A stretch of 64,000 bases of DNA from assembly GCF_964355755.1 (NCBI RefSeq), contig NC_092670.1:17222795-17286794 (forward strand). The letters run 5' to 3'. The notes beneath the pieces are model-generated. The model searched no databases. It was not told where the DNA came from and saw nothing but the letters and a program-made list of their open reading frames with translations. The position numbers were made by a program, and so were the translations under genes. Of the stretch, positions 29,501 through 40,225 are shown one piece after another. Source of the stretch: Antedon mediterranea. Its lineage: Eukaryota; Animalia; Echinodermata. How positions within the stretch are numbered: position 1 is the first letter of the stretch; every line of letters begins with the position of its first letter.

Positions 29501-30157
29501 CATTAGCTCACGTGTAAAAAGGCGCAGCTTTTATCGTACCCTTTCTCTCTTTATTATTTCAATTTATATTTTCATATACATTTTGGGAAAATAAAGATTA
29601 TCGGTAGGCCCAGTACTGTATTATCAAAAAATAAAATATCACCTAGATGCAAAGTATCCAAATGGTTAGGCCTATTATCATCGTACTGTAAATAACTATA
29701 TTGTTTTACTGTCTGTTGGTTGTTAATGGCAATCTTTATAAACCTAAACTATGTAGCCGAATTAATGTGCTGACTCTGTTACCTTATGATATTACGCAGA
29801 CAAATACATAATAAATATCTAATATCAAATAAATTTGTGTTCCATATAAAAAACTGAACATAAGGTTATGCTAATGATGTAAGATAATAATATAGGCCTA
29901 CATCTGGAAAATCTTGTTTTCGGTAATAATTTCAAAGATTTTACTCCTTCGTAACTAACAAATACCAACATTGGAAGAATAACGTATAATAACAAATATA
30001 TATATATATATATGGCTTGCCGGCAATATTGCCTTTCTTAAAGAAAATCTATTTTATCGTTTTCATTTTTTAATCAAATAGGCCTATTGAAATTGGTAGT
30101 GTTTCAAAAACTTACCGAGATGATAAATATAAAAACAATTGGCAGGCGCCTGTCCAT
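2516..30157 (-). CDS. Polycystin-1 family (PKD1/PKD1L/REJ-like) receptor-channel subunit, complete, 37 exons, ~3081 aa
   Basis: Exons, all GT-AG and phase-consistent, summing to 9246 nt: 30116-30157, 27011-27035, 24818-25323, 24173-24359, 23740-23918, 22716-23346, 22194-22337, 21661-21858, 21076-21308, 20563-20719, 20290-20378, 18816-19724, 18242-18386, 17177-17363, 16409-16608, 15769-16032, 15125-15297, 14502-14673, 13760-13821, 13245-13307, 12196-12321, 11635-11760, 11401-11452, 10964-11037, 9779-10412, 9036-9331, 8378-8605, 7991-8092, 7499-7614, 7057-7222, 6483-6761, 6198-6368, 5596-5934, 5373-5502, 4659-4894, 4221-4389, 2516-3951. Motifs: signal peptide MDRRLPIVFIFIISITWQPVIS; WSC (GCY...CQISC...EEGNICLC...CTGD...CGG); PKD repeats (FDFGDG, DWGDG, FDYGDG); GPS CKFWD...WSSEGC...CFCNHL|TSF; PLAT (IRIWHDNAG...GWYL); TM2-3 HLWFS...RFTRLQR; TOP/channel YSGGGY, WIDKHTRAIFVEF, KFLKLLRFN, NMFLTILNESF. 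Exact paralogue (PKD1 vs PKD1L2-like) not determined. Confidence 0.9.
4947..5106. mobile_element. Short MITE-like element (termini ~AGGGAGCTTTCGATTTGCGACGAC); related copies at ~10487-10570 and ~15391-15460
   Basis: GGGAGCTTTTGATTTGGGACGACC ... GTTGTTGCAAAAGCTCC inverted ends; similar terminal sequence at two other intronic sites. Confidence 0.5.
9400..9745. repeat. ~25-bp minisatellite (AAACATCAAGATGTTAAACGCTTAT)n in two blocks, with a higher-order duplication (~9334-9470 copied at ~9581-9740)
   Basis: Directly visible tandem units inside the polycystin intron 9332-9778. Confidence 0.85.
11890..12182. mobile_element. TTAA-flanked MITE (Kolobok-like termini), copy 1
   Basis: TTAA-AGGTGTATTGTCCCC ... 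GGGCCAATATAACT-TTAA; homologous to 48315, 57369 and 63460. Confidence 0.75.
12687..13173. mobile_element. Degenerate TA-flanked (Tc1/pogo/Tigger-like) non-autonomous element
   Basis: Starts TA-CCGTAAAGCCTCGAAAAGAAGC; internal GAGATGGGCTT repeats; inverted GGCTTCTTTTCGAGAT near the end. Confidence 0.5.
13585..13643 (+). ncRNA. Degenerate hammerhead-ribozyme-like motif (Penelope pLTR-type remnant)
   Basis: CTC-CTGAGGA-cgatac-GATCAA-agcata-TTGATC-GTAA-CGTC-GAG. The GAAA box reads GTAA. A partial diverged copy lies at ~13455-13520. Confidence 0.4.
14094..14272. mobile_element. Palindromic MITE with TTA target duplication (PIF/Harbinger-like); related copies ~21516-21590, ~21988-22075, ~25407-25546
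   Basis: TTA-AGCGTGGTTCCCACTA ... TAGTGGGAACCAAGCT-TTA; internal inverted repeats CAATCACAAGCGA / TCGCTTGTGATTG. Confidence 0.75.
14731..14799 (+). ncRNA. Type I hammerhead-ribozyme-like motif with one core substitution
   Basis: Stem I TTTCAT/GTGAAA (extended by GTACTT/AAGTAC); core CTGATGA at 14742-14748; 10-bp stem II GTGTGTTAGC/GCTAGCATAT; GGAA in place of GAAA; stem III CA-aatg-TG; GUU triplet. Confidence 0.55.
16101..16243. repeat. 47-48-bp tandem repeat, 3 copies
   Basis: TTGTAACAAAGAGCAAAAACATCTCAAATAGAACT starts at 16101, 16149 and 16196. Confidence 0.9.
17620..18040 (-). mobile_element. 3' end remnant of a non-LTR retrotransposon (L2/CR1-like)
   Basis: Minus-strand translation YSGTKLFNDLPDEIKMAPS matches the typical LINE ORF2 C-terminus; AT-rich 3'UTR ends near a (TGAA)n tail. 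Confidence 0.6.
19920..20062 (+). mobile_element. tRNA-derived SINE fragment with a CORE-like central domain
   Basis: Box A/B-like head followed by GGCAAGACACTTTAC...CTCTCTCCACCCAGGTGTACAAATGGG, resembling conserved SINE core domains. Confidence 0.55.
26141..26154. promoter_or_regulatory. Candidate RFX X-box in polycystin intron 2
   Basis: GTTACCATGACAAC fits the GTHNYY-AT-RRNAAC consensus; weaker matches at 25756-25769 and 26432-26445. Confidence 0.4.
27060..27690 (+). mobile_element. 3' end remnant of a non-LTR retrotransposon
   Basis: Degenerate translation FYKAPHFFNDLPLSIRNSLSFSSFK (LINE ORF2 C-terminus-like), then a T-rich 3'UTR with a hairpin (TGAGGGT...ACCCTCA). Confidence 0.5.
28755..28990 (-). 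mobile_element. L2-like LINE 3' end remnant
   Basis: Minus strand reads FFAQVPEIWNQLPHS and ends CGCTTTATAAATGTTCGATATTATTATTATT; related segment at ~52590-52630. Confidence 0.55.
29002..29151. mobile_element. 150-bp MITE with TAA target duplication (PIF/Harbinger-like)
   Basis: TAA-TACCCCTTTCACACCAAAA ... TTTTGGTGTGAAAGGGGTA-TAA perfect TIRs; internal CTCCGGAG palindromes. Confidence 0.85.
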
Positions 30158-30308
30158 GTTGCCTTAATTCACACTTTAAACATACCAATGATGTACATTT
30201 TGTAGAGGTAATATCTTAATCCCAAAATGTCGCAATAAACTCGACGACGATTGTGCGCGGACAACTCTCGCACAAAATCATCGACACTGTGCATCTAGAA
30301 AAACCTAA

Positions 30309-30320
30309 CACGCATGCGCA
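30309..30320 (-). promoter_or_regulatory. Candidate NRF1-type site in the CpG-richer putative polycystin promoter
   Basis: TGCGCATGCGTG on the minus strand, ~155 nt upstream of the ATG at 30157, in a locally CpG-rich stretch. Confidence 0.35.
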
Positions 30321-30794
30321 AAACTGATCGTTAATCGACGATTTGATATTTTTTCCGATCGATAAAGCCGGAAGACAATTTCAAGTTGGTATTATTAAGT
30401 TATTAATGAAAAGTGATCATAGTCGATCGCATTCGAACAATACATCTACTTAGATGTGCAAGGTAGCAATTAACAAGTAATATTCCACGTTGCCACAGAC
30501 GTTTATGATCTTGTTCTATACGACGTATTCATAAACAGCGTATTTTATTCAAATGACGCTCGATACAATTTTAGCGAATGAAAGACATCATTAGTGCATA
30601 TTATTTTAGTAAACAAAAATGATTGGATAGTCGATAGCATACGTGCAAACAAACGTTCAATCGTAAAAACGGCACCATTATCGTAGGCCTACAGTATAAA
30701 TTAAATGACTTAAAATTTGGGTCGGAATACGATTAGATTAAAAAAAGAATATATATATATATATAATATATATCTAAATAAATAAAAAAAAGAG

Positions 30795-31162
30795 TACGAT
30801 TAGGCCATCTACATGTAGCATGCATGGACACTCTTACAAAATCATATAAGCGTGGCGCACAAAGGTACTAAAATGACAAACATTGTATGCTTAGGTGACG
30901 TGTACAACAGGAATCTCGACTACACTCACTAACACTCGAATACGCGCATAGTACGTGGCGCATAAAGACAGAAAATTGGGTAGGAATACGATTAGGCAAC
31001 CTATATGTGGCATGCATGGACACTCTTACAAAATCATATAAGCCCAATGCAAGCGCGGCGCACAAAAGGTACTGAAATAACACAAATTGACGTGTACAAG
31101 AGACTCGACTACAATATCACTAATACTCGAATACGCGCATGTACGCGGCGCATAAAGACAGA
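30795..31162. repeat. Direct duplication of ~180 bp (two diverged copies)
   Basis: TACGATTAGGC...GCATGCATGGACACTCTTACAAAATCATATAAGC...CGCATAAAGACAGA at ~30795-30972 and ~30987-31162. Confidence 0.85.
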
Positions 31163-32405
31163 CAATCACATGATACTAGAATACGTACACTGGTTACTGG
31201 TGTATAAAGACACCGACTACAAATCACATCAATAGTAGTTATAGTTCGATAATTTTCTTTTGTATATTTCTTAAATTATTCAATCGATGAACCTTAATTT
31301 CAGCCAACAGCAATTTCCTTTAAGTGATGGCAACAGACGTATGTTAATATTTGTAGTAGATTTTCAAGAGTTACGTTTTGTTTTAGATACTTTAATAGGA
31401 TCGATGCTTATTATGTAGAGTCAGTCATAATTCAGACATACAATATTTTCTATATCGTCGGTGAATTTATCATTTTCTCTGTTTAAAGCTCTGTCTACAT
31501 TATCAAAGTTTATGTGACAAAAACATGTAATTGATAAAGAATGAATATGCATGTTATAAAATCAAGGCTGAACAAAAATGGGCTAATTTCAAAGAAAAAC
31601 AGATTTTATATTAATTTTTAATGGTAAAATATTAAAGTGTATGTTTTTTACATTATGTATACTTGTGGCTGTTCTTCGAAAGAGAACACAGAAATACTTG
31701 TACATGTCAACTCAACATCTTATGTTTATGTTCAATATCCAAACTACACCATTATTTCTACTTTTTAAGGATTATGCTAGTTTGTTTGTTTGTTCGTATA
31801 TTTATTTAGACTCTGTACTTATATTCTACAAATGTGGTCATGTTTTTATGACAACGTAATTTATATTTAAATACTGTATCAAAAACGATACGTTTTTTTA
31901 AAGATAATAGTTGGAAGAACCCACAAAAGACAAAAAAACATGTGATTCAATCCTGGGAATGATTAAAACATTAAATACAACTTACTGTACTATAATTATG
32001 TTTTCCTTACCATGTAATCAAATTGGCTGGGTATCTTTCACACTTCATTGCACTTTAATTTTAACAATTACAAGAACATATATAGTTGATTAAAATAATT
32101 TTGAATTCAAGTTTGAAACTCTATCTTAACAGAATATTGGTTAATGCTTATGCGTTCGTCCGTTGCTATGGACGCATCCAGCTAATTTGAGCGTCATCGG
32201 GTGTTTTCTATAGATCACGGTAAGCATTGTGTTTAGTGTGTTTTTATTGTCTACTTTCAAAAGCCAACAAAATCTATTTAATACATTAGTTATATTTTAT
32301 GGTATTTTATAACTATATGGATATCGATGTTTTAAAAATACGTTTTAGTCGTGGTAGTACGGAATAATTACATACCATTGATTTGTCGTTGTCGCTCTGG
32401 TGTAA

Positions 32406-32556
32406 AGCTCTGTCTACACTATCAAAGTTCTTTGTGACATAACAATACGATGCGCCCATATATGGACATGGTGATGTCATATCACTACCATTGGGAATTT
32501 GGGCACATCACACTTTTTTTGTCAACCTAGTTTGATAGTGTAGCCTAGACAGAGCT
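32406..32556. mobile_element. MITE with TAA target duplication (PIF/Harbinger-like); partial copies ~8785-8853, ~31485-31530, ~50178-50290
   Basis: TAA-AGCTCTGTCTACACTATCAAA ... TTTGATAGTGTA(GCCTA)GACAGAGCT-TAA. Confidence 0.85.
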
Positions 32557-33009
32557 TAAGAGTGTTCCTACCAGTTCTGCTCTTTCCCGTGGGTTTCTAC
32601 TTTAAAATTGGTAATTTTTAGTTCTCCTCCTTTGGAACATAACACCCCTATTCAGGAGACTTCCATATTAAATAACACATTTTGTTAACCGAACGAGAGG
32701 CAATATATGTTTCAACACTATGGGCAACACCTATTAAGACAGGCACATTGTTGGGTCTTGAGAAACTGCCCCTTTAACAGTAGTTCTGTCTGTATACAGT
32801 AGGCCTAATTTCTGAAAATTGTTAATACAGTGTTTCTGTCTTCGAAGCGTAATGATTGTAAACAAAGCACTATTAATGATATAATTATTATGAGGCTTGT
32901 CCTTGTAAACAGCTTCCATTTAAACGACGGTTTAATAATGATATCATGTTAATGCTTTGTTACAATTTACATAGCGTATTTGCAGCATCAGAACATAGAG
33001 AAACAGCCA

Positions 33010-35268
33010 TTAAAGTGTTAATTCAATCATCCGAATTGTATGGTTACCAGGGAGATGAGACTGACCAATCGACGACGAGCCAGCGTCAAACATCTTTAAA
33101 GGTATATGGCAACATTTCAGTTTCCATTTGTGCAACAAATGCACAATATCAAAATCCGAGCTACATAAATATAAGAAAGAGTACATTTTATTAGTAGGTG
33201 TTAAGTTTAAAAGAAAGAAAAATGTACATTAATAATAGTAGTTAAGTTTGATATTATATTTTGCTTCCATGTAAATAAGAAGCTTTCGATTTGTGTTAAC
33301 CTAGATCCCTAGTATAGAATTCAAGTAAATTATGCATTTCATCATTTTTCCATTTGCCTTCCAGCTCTGAAATATATTTTTTTTTAAACAAAAAATAGGT
33401 TAAAATGCACATGTTAAAAATAGGTTAAAATACACATGATTGCGATAAAAGAAAGCTATGGTCATGTTCTGGACCTAGAATCGACCAAATTGGGTTCAGC
33501 AACTTGACAAAAATTGCTAAACCAAACTCATATTAATGACGTCATAGGTCATTGCAAAATAACAAGTTCCCTAATATAATGGTGTAGTACAATGATGATT
33601 AATAAAGTATATCTTACATCCTTTCTTGATAGGTAATCCAACTCTTTGAATTCTTGTATCTATTTAGTATAAATGCAACAGTGACAAGTACATCTTCAAA
33701 ATCTAAATTGTAAAAAATGGTTAATACTGTATTAATGAAAAACAAAAGAAAATATTATTCAATCTAATTTTTAAATCAAAGGTGTTGGAATGTTCAATAA
33801 TACAAGAATATTTTTGTGAATTACTCTTACTGTATAACTATATATAGTTTTATTCCAAAATTGTTTATATCTCTACCAAGCTACCTTCTTTGTTTTCTAC
33901 TCTTATTCAGACTCCACCCTGCCTCCTTTTGTTGTATTTCTTTTATTCCTGTCTACCCAGGCAGCACTTGCCAGCTCTTATACAATTACGTTATTCAAAT
34001 TCCTTCACTTGCACTGATGAAGGGCTAGTGTTGCCGAAAGCTCTGCTAACTTTTATGGCTGTTTTACTTATCGTTTTGATTTAGCTTTTTTTTTTTTTTT
34101 GTATCTCCATTGAGATCCAGCCACTGATACCCACAGTCATTTTTTCAGTAATTTGCCTTTGGATGTATAACTATATATAAAAACAAATTTCCTACCTTTT
34201 TCATCATAAAAACAGTCACTGGCTAACACAATGTCAACGTGTGGAAGATTGAGAAGAGCTAATGAATACTGACCCCAAGTTATACCAACAAAATCCACTT
34301 TGTCTAAAACTTGATTCTCTTTACAACTTCTCTTGCTATGTTCAATGCATTGAGGAAATAAACTGTTATCCGATAGGGTCACATTAGCTCCCAATTTAGA
34401 AGCTAATATACCTGGTAGACTTGTCCCAGCACCTAGCTGTAAAAAATATGTTGAAAATAAATGTCTCAAATGGCTTGTTGTTGGCTCTGTTTTTTAATGT
34501 ATTAAAAAGGGTTGTCAAATTGCATGCAGCTTAGGGTTAAACACATTGCTAACCTATGTATAAGTACTGTACCTCGAGTATGAACTTTGTTTTAATATAA
34601 TCTCTTCTGTTAACAATATACTGCGCCAATACAGCTGCTGCAGGCCATGTATACATGCCATAGCGAGGGTCAAGAATCTATAAAAACAAAATAAAAAGAT
34701 GCGGTACTAATACTATAATAATATTATTGCTGAAGAAATCTTCAATTCAATACAAAATATTTAAAATGAACAATAAACGCACCAGGCCATTCATTCTAAT
34801 AAATAAGGCAAATACTATTATATATGTTATATATTATTATGTTATTGTTATGTGCAATTTGAACGATTTTTTAGAAGTTTTATGTTTATTTAGAGCGCTC
34901 AGTTAAAAAAACTAAATTCTGGTGGTAAATAAAAGCCACAAATAATAATAGGTTTGCATTATGTAATAAATATACAATATAAAACCCAATAAATCCTTCC
35001 TATGCCTAGGCCCTTGGCTCAAGGGACACAAACGATATCGACCACCCAGCTGGCCATGCTTTAGATAGCCTAGCCTCTACTAGCTAGGCCTAGGCTAGGC
35101 TAGGCCTATAGGCTATATAATACTAGTAGTAGTAGACCTAGGAGGCCTAGAAAGCTAGAGTTAATGTTTACTGTATTTGTTTGTATATACCTCTGGGATG
35201 TTTATTTCTATCTGTTGTTCATTACATAAATCGAAAACAAACTTTCTTTTCATGCATTTTTCATCCAT
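33010..35268 (-). CDS. METTL23: Methyltransferase-like protein 23, 5 exons, ~219 aa
   Basis: Exons 35191-35268, 34573-34677, 34196-34436, 33618-33702, 33010-33160 (660 nt, phases consistent). Translation YGMYTWPAAAVLAQY...ILELGAGTSLPGILASKLGANVTLSD...GITWG...DIVLASDCFYDEKDFEDVLVT...TYQER...LLHKWKLKC.HIPL..FDA...LPGNHTI matches METTL23. Confidence 0.9.
34005..34050 (+). ncRNA. Minimal hammerhead-ribozyme motif of Penelope-like-element pLTR type (within a ~33830-34140 remnant)
   Basis: GCA-CTGATGA-AG-GGC-tagtgtt-GCC-GAAA-GCTC-TGC: both core boxes intact, short stem II, palindromic AGCT in place of stem III. Confidence 0.55.
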
Positions 35269-35884
35269 TCACATGAAATCAAGATTTCGCGCGGACTTTC
35301 CATCATTTCCTTCTCTCTCAACAAAACCAGTCATGCGTGTTATTTACAGTTTTGTGTTTCGATTGGTACTTTCAGAAGTCATTCGACTGGAATATTTATA
35401 AACTTTCTGATATTTCACAAGTAATGCTTTTCACGTTTAAAATAAAACTCAACTATTTCGCTTTTTAAAAATCAACCCTATTTTATTCTACTCCAATGGA
35501 CCACAAGAAAATAAAATGTGCTACACAGTTTCAATATAAACCCACGGGGTGTCATACTTAATGTTTCTACGAAAGTGTTCTGTTGTCCAAAAATGAAAAA
35601 CAAAGATGAATATGCTTTAATAAAGTTATTACTTCATAACTTAAAAAGACATACTGTATAAGTCCTATTAAGGGGACACGGGACCTTAAAAAATGGGTTC
35701 ATACTGGAAAATGTCCCGTGAATAGGAGTTTCCCAAAGAAATGGTTCTACTATTATACAGCAACAAAAACACTGTCTAAGTTTAATCAGACAGAAGTAAT
35801 GATCACTTTGTCGATCCAACGTTTAGGTTAAAACGAATAACTATTATAATAACATTAAAAAATAGCCTATTATATTTTACACTT

Positions 35885-38800
35885 TTAGAGATAACATTCT
35901 TCCTCGTATTTGTCTTTTTGCTTCTTCCGTTCTGTGTATGGAATTAATCTAGGATAAAGCAATATTATACCAATTCCCATAGTACTTATTATTATACAAC
36001 TTGAGCCAAATGCCCACTGAACGCCGTATTTGAAATATGCAAATCCACCATATAAAGATCCTATCAGCCTGCCGATATTCCCCATAGCACTAAACACACC
36101 CATACAAATACCCTGTGAAAAAAAAACACAAGTACTGTAATTTTTATACAGTAGAGGCCTAATACATTATATTATACATATATTCATTTTCATCCGTACA
36201 CAAACTTCCAGTAATATATCATATCTTATGGTTGACTCTCTCAACTTTTAGGCCTACGTATCAATAATGAGCAACTGTTTACCATGATCAAACACTACGA
36301 TGTTTACTTAATTATTATGTTTAACCATACAGTATAGTCTATTATAACTTAATAATACTTTTATTGGTTTTGTTGTCATTTGCTATAGACATAGGCACAA
36401 TTTATATTGTTTATTCTTCACATGTTCCCCTTACAAAATGATAACTTGATAGGCTTTCTACAGAAGTCTGTGATTGTTTCTTATTTTTATCTCTGGACAT
36501 CCAAGATTATTCTTTTTGATTTTAGTTTAAAATACCTGATGTTTAGGTTGTAAGGTCTTGGCATAAATAAAGAATGCTGTACTTTGTAACATTGGGTACC
36601 CAAAACCTTGAATACTCAAAGCTGTCACGTATTGGGCTACTGGCATAGCTGGAGTAGAATCACACCAGGAGTACTTCCATGGGCATCCTCCCTCACCAAT
36701 ATTAGCAGACGTTCCATTTACATCTAAAATAAATACAATATCAATGACCGTCATTATATTTATATATATATAGTTTGGTAACAGGGGGTTCTACTTGTAA
36801 TAAGCTATGCTTCAGAGATTCCCCCTTTCCATTCTTATGTTTTGGAAATAAAAAGAAAGAAGATGAAGAAAATGATGACGCGCGGCGGCGTACAAAGCGT
36901 TATCAACGTGTCACATTCCTGTCTCTGGTGTCACTGACTGACTGACCTAGCGATATACCAACTTCTCGTGACCAACCAAATGACGTAATTAATATTTGAA
37001 TAAACAGCAATATTAGTTTACTATCATGCAATAATAATATAGTTTATGTTTTTATTGATTTACTTAGAGAGTATAATAACTACATTTGATAGACAATGAT
37101 GTAAACATAAGTCGACAAACAAACCTATAGTGGGTCTTTCAAGTGACCCAGGACCAAACGGGATAAGCAGAACTGAGCTTATTATGGTTAAAACCATTCC
37201 AATTGATAACGAAACACGCTCATCAATTCTAAAAGAAAGTAACAAAACTATAATGTGAATACAATTGTCATAAATAAATAATATAATAAGATTTTAAAAT
37301 AGCTAAACAATCACGTATTAGGTCTACAATGAAAAATCTAATGTGGCTTTTAGTAGGCCTATAATAATATGCAAATCAACAGCAATCACTCTTACTGGAT
37401 TCGTTATCTCGTCACGTTTATTTTTATACTTACAGTTTTGATGTTTTCCCCAATATCATCACAACAAAAATAGCGAGGCCAGCTAATGTAAACATTATCA
37501 TGCTAAAATTACGTGTTGCTAATTGTCGACTCCATCCAAGTATGTGCATTCCATACGGTGCTGCCACTCTAAAATATAATGAAATTGTTTGTTTTGTTTG
37601 CTTCATTAATTTTCCACACATCCAACAAAAATACAACATATATTTATATAAATAAAACATGATAACAATGTGCGAATGGAGATCAAAATATGTAATAGTT
37701 TGTTGACATGACAAGTAAACTAAATTTACATAAATAAGTTTTTCACCATAACAATCTAAATCATCCACATCGACCATTCATAATCGATCATTTTCACCAA
37801 GCGACAATTATCGACCACACACTTCCTATTGTCAGGTTCATCATTCAAACTTAAGTTTTAAAGAATTTCCCTTAAGCCTAAAACATCAATAAACAATATA
37901 TAAAGACCACCCTAAAATTAACATTAAAGGATTTTTCTTATAAAGTGGTATTCACAAAGGTTTTATGGTTAAGTGAATTCCAAAAGTAAGTTATAATTTA
38001 TTCAGTTTCAAGAAGACTCAAGAGTTTAAAAAGACCGGGTTCCAAAAGACCAAAACGCCGAGGCATTCTTCATCTTTACTTTTCCTTTTAGAACACACCA
38101 CCGATTACCGCAAACCTGCAGGCCTACTAATTTATTTTACTCACGTTGATTTTACTCCAAAGGTAAAGACGGTGGCGGCGAAAAGAAGATTCAGAAACAC
38201 GGTAACAACTATATCAAGACCAGAAAACCACGAAACCTTCTCAACTGATGACTCTTCTACTGATGATGAATCTTCTACTGATGGCGAAAAACAAGTACAT
38301 GTCACCGATCAGCAACACAAACGTTCATGTGGGTATTTCTATTTTAAAATTATAACTTTAGGTCTACTTCATAGTCATAAGGATGAGCAATAAAATGTCC
38401 AAATTGGAATCTTTACCTTGTTTTAAACGCGTTATTTCACTTGTAGTGATGTCATCAACATGTACTTCTTTGAACAAAAATAAGATACACACCAGCGTTA
38501 GGCTGACCAAGAGTACGTTGGTGACTGCAGGCAAAGTGTAAACGTTTAAGCTCATGGTTGAAATTGTAAAACCTTCCTCTCCAATTGGAACATAGGCCAT
38601 TTGTAAAACTATCAACAAAACAATACAAGAAATGCAAGTTGTTTATGCCTATTACATTTTTAAAAAATGAATTCAATTCAAGGTAACATTTATTTCTTTC
38701 AAAACAAAATAACAATAAGAAAGAACAGTTCTTCTAATTTACAAATATTTTGAGAATGAAACAGACTGGAAAAGAAAAAAAACCATTTCTTTAAATTTTG

Positions 38801-40225
38801 AAAGAGGCAAAGCCAAAAAATGATACTTGCATTGTTCAATTACAGCTTTAGATTTTTAATTGTAAGGTGGTCAAACTAGTTGAATACGAAAAAAAGGTTG
38901 AAATGTTACCTGGTCCCACTGTATAGCCAAGCATTTGGGCAGCAACAAAATGAGACGTAGCTGTAGTTCTCTCAAGTATGGTGGTACCGACAGATAAGTA
39001 TACTCGAGCAATCGCTAAGCAACCTATTATTCAAATTCAAATTCTAATTTATTCACCTTCCTTTGGAGAAACATATAAAAACTGTACAATAAAACACAAC
39101 AAAATGAAGATTCACACGAATCAAAAGATTAAAAAGGTTTTAACAAGTTAAATAAAGTGTCAAAAATTGTGAAAAATGGCAGACTTAACGCTATCTATCA
39201 TAGTTTGAGAACAATAATAAGTCGTTACACATTGCACACAATGTATTAAAGGACATATAGAATATTAAATCTTTGTATACCTCCAGAAATTCCAGCTAAG
39301 GCTCTTGATATGTAGACTAAAGTAATTTGTTGAGACTCTATATGATATGGAATCACATAAACTATATTGGAACCAAGAGCAGCAATACTAGTTATTATTA
39401 GCGGAATTTTACAGCCAATTCTACTGCTGACACTACCACAAGTAATACATGACACTAATGCTAACAACCCCTGCATTCCCGTTAGTTGCCCCATTACGGT
39501 CGTCTCAACATCATCATCCATCTGAAATTGTAAAAGTAGGCCAAGCGTTAACATATAAAACAAAGATTTAATTGAATGCGATTGTGTTCTAATTATGACA
39601 CGATTTATAATACAAGATGTTCGTTTTGTTTTTATAGAAATTATTATGAATGGAAAGGTTTTGCTATGGCTTTCATTTTATCTCTTATCATTTATACGGC
39701 TTAATAATTATCAATTATCAATCAATAGTTATCAATTATGGGATTCGGTTTAATAAAAGTTAACAATGAAATTTATCAATTACAGTATCCATACACTTTC
39801 TATTGTCTTTGCTGTTATACAATGCTACGGCAAACTTAATATTACACATATTTATTGTACACAAATAAGGGAATAAATAAAGTAAATAAATTGTTTAGAG
39901 TCTATTTAAACGACTGTTTTAAACGACTCCATGGGCTATTCCGATGGCAAGAAAGCGAAATGTATTGTTCTTTTCATAAAAATATATAATAAAATGACTT
40001 ACATATTTCAAATACGACCACATTGAAGTTAGAATAATCGAGTTGGCAAAAGCCTCGCAAAAGGCAACAATGTACATGGTGCGTATGGAGTGCCATCGTC
40101 GTTTAAGTTTAGTCGAGCTTCTGAAAAGATGAAAATATTAAATGTTTATTTTTTTCTTTCATTATTTCGTATTTACTTTTATGATCAATGTATTACCTAG
40201 TGTATTCTGAGTTCGAATCAAGCAT
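35885..40225 (-). CDS. MFSD8/CLN7-like major facilitator transporter, copy A, intact, 10 exons, ~493 aa
   Basis: Exons 40197-40225, 40003-40120, 39281-39521, 38910-39023, 38417-38608, 38145-38277, 37434-37568, 37125-37228, 36536-36723, 35885-36112 (1482 nt, phases consistent). MFSD8-family motifs RWHSIRTMY, SMWSYL, T.ERT.A, LNVYTLPA, GCPWKYSWC.STP, QGICMG...GRLIG, YPRLIP. The first exon is the least certain. Confidence 0.85.

Noticed and set aside
33300-33366. Possible extra METTL23 exon with AG/GT boundaries
   Set aside because: Stop codon in the required phase, and the protein is already complete without it.
38172-38393. Plus-strand ORF MAAKRRFRN... duplicated at 43928
   Set aside because: Antisense shadow of an MFSD8-like exon; its conservation is explained by the tandem duplication.
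33010-40225. METTL23 next to an MFS transporter, recalling the human METTL23-MFSD11 neighbourhood
   Set aside because: The transporters here have MFSD8 motifs, not the UNC-93-like MFSD11 type, so this is not conserved synteny.
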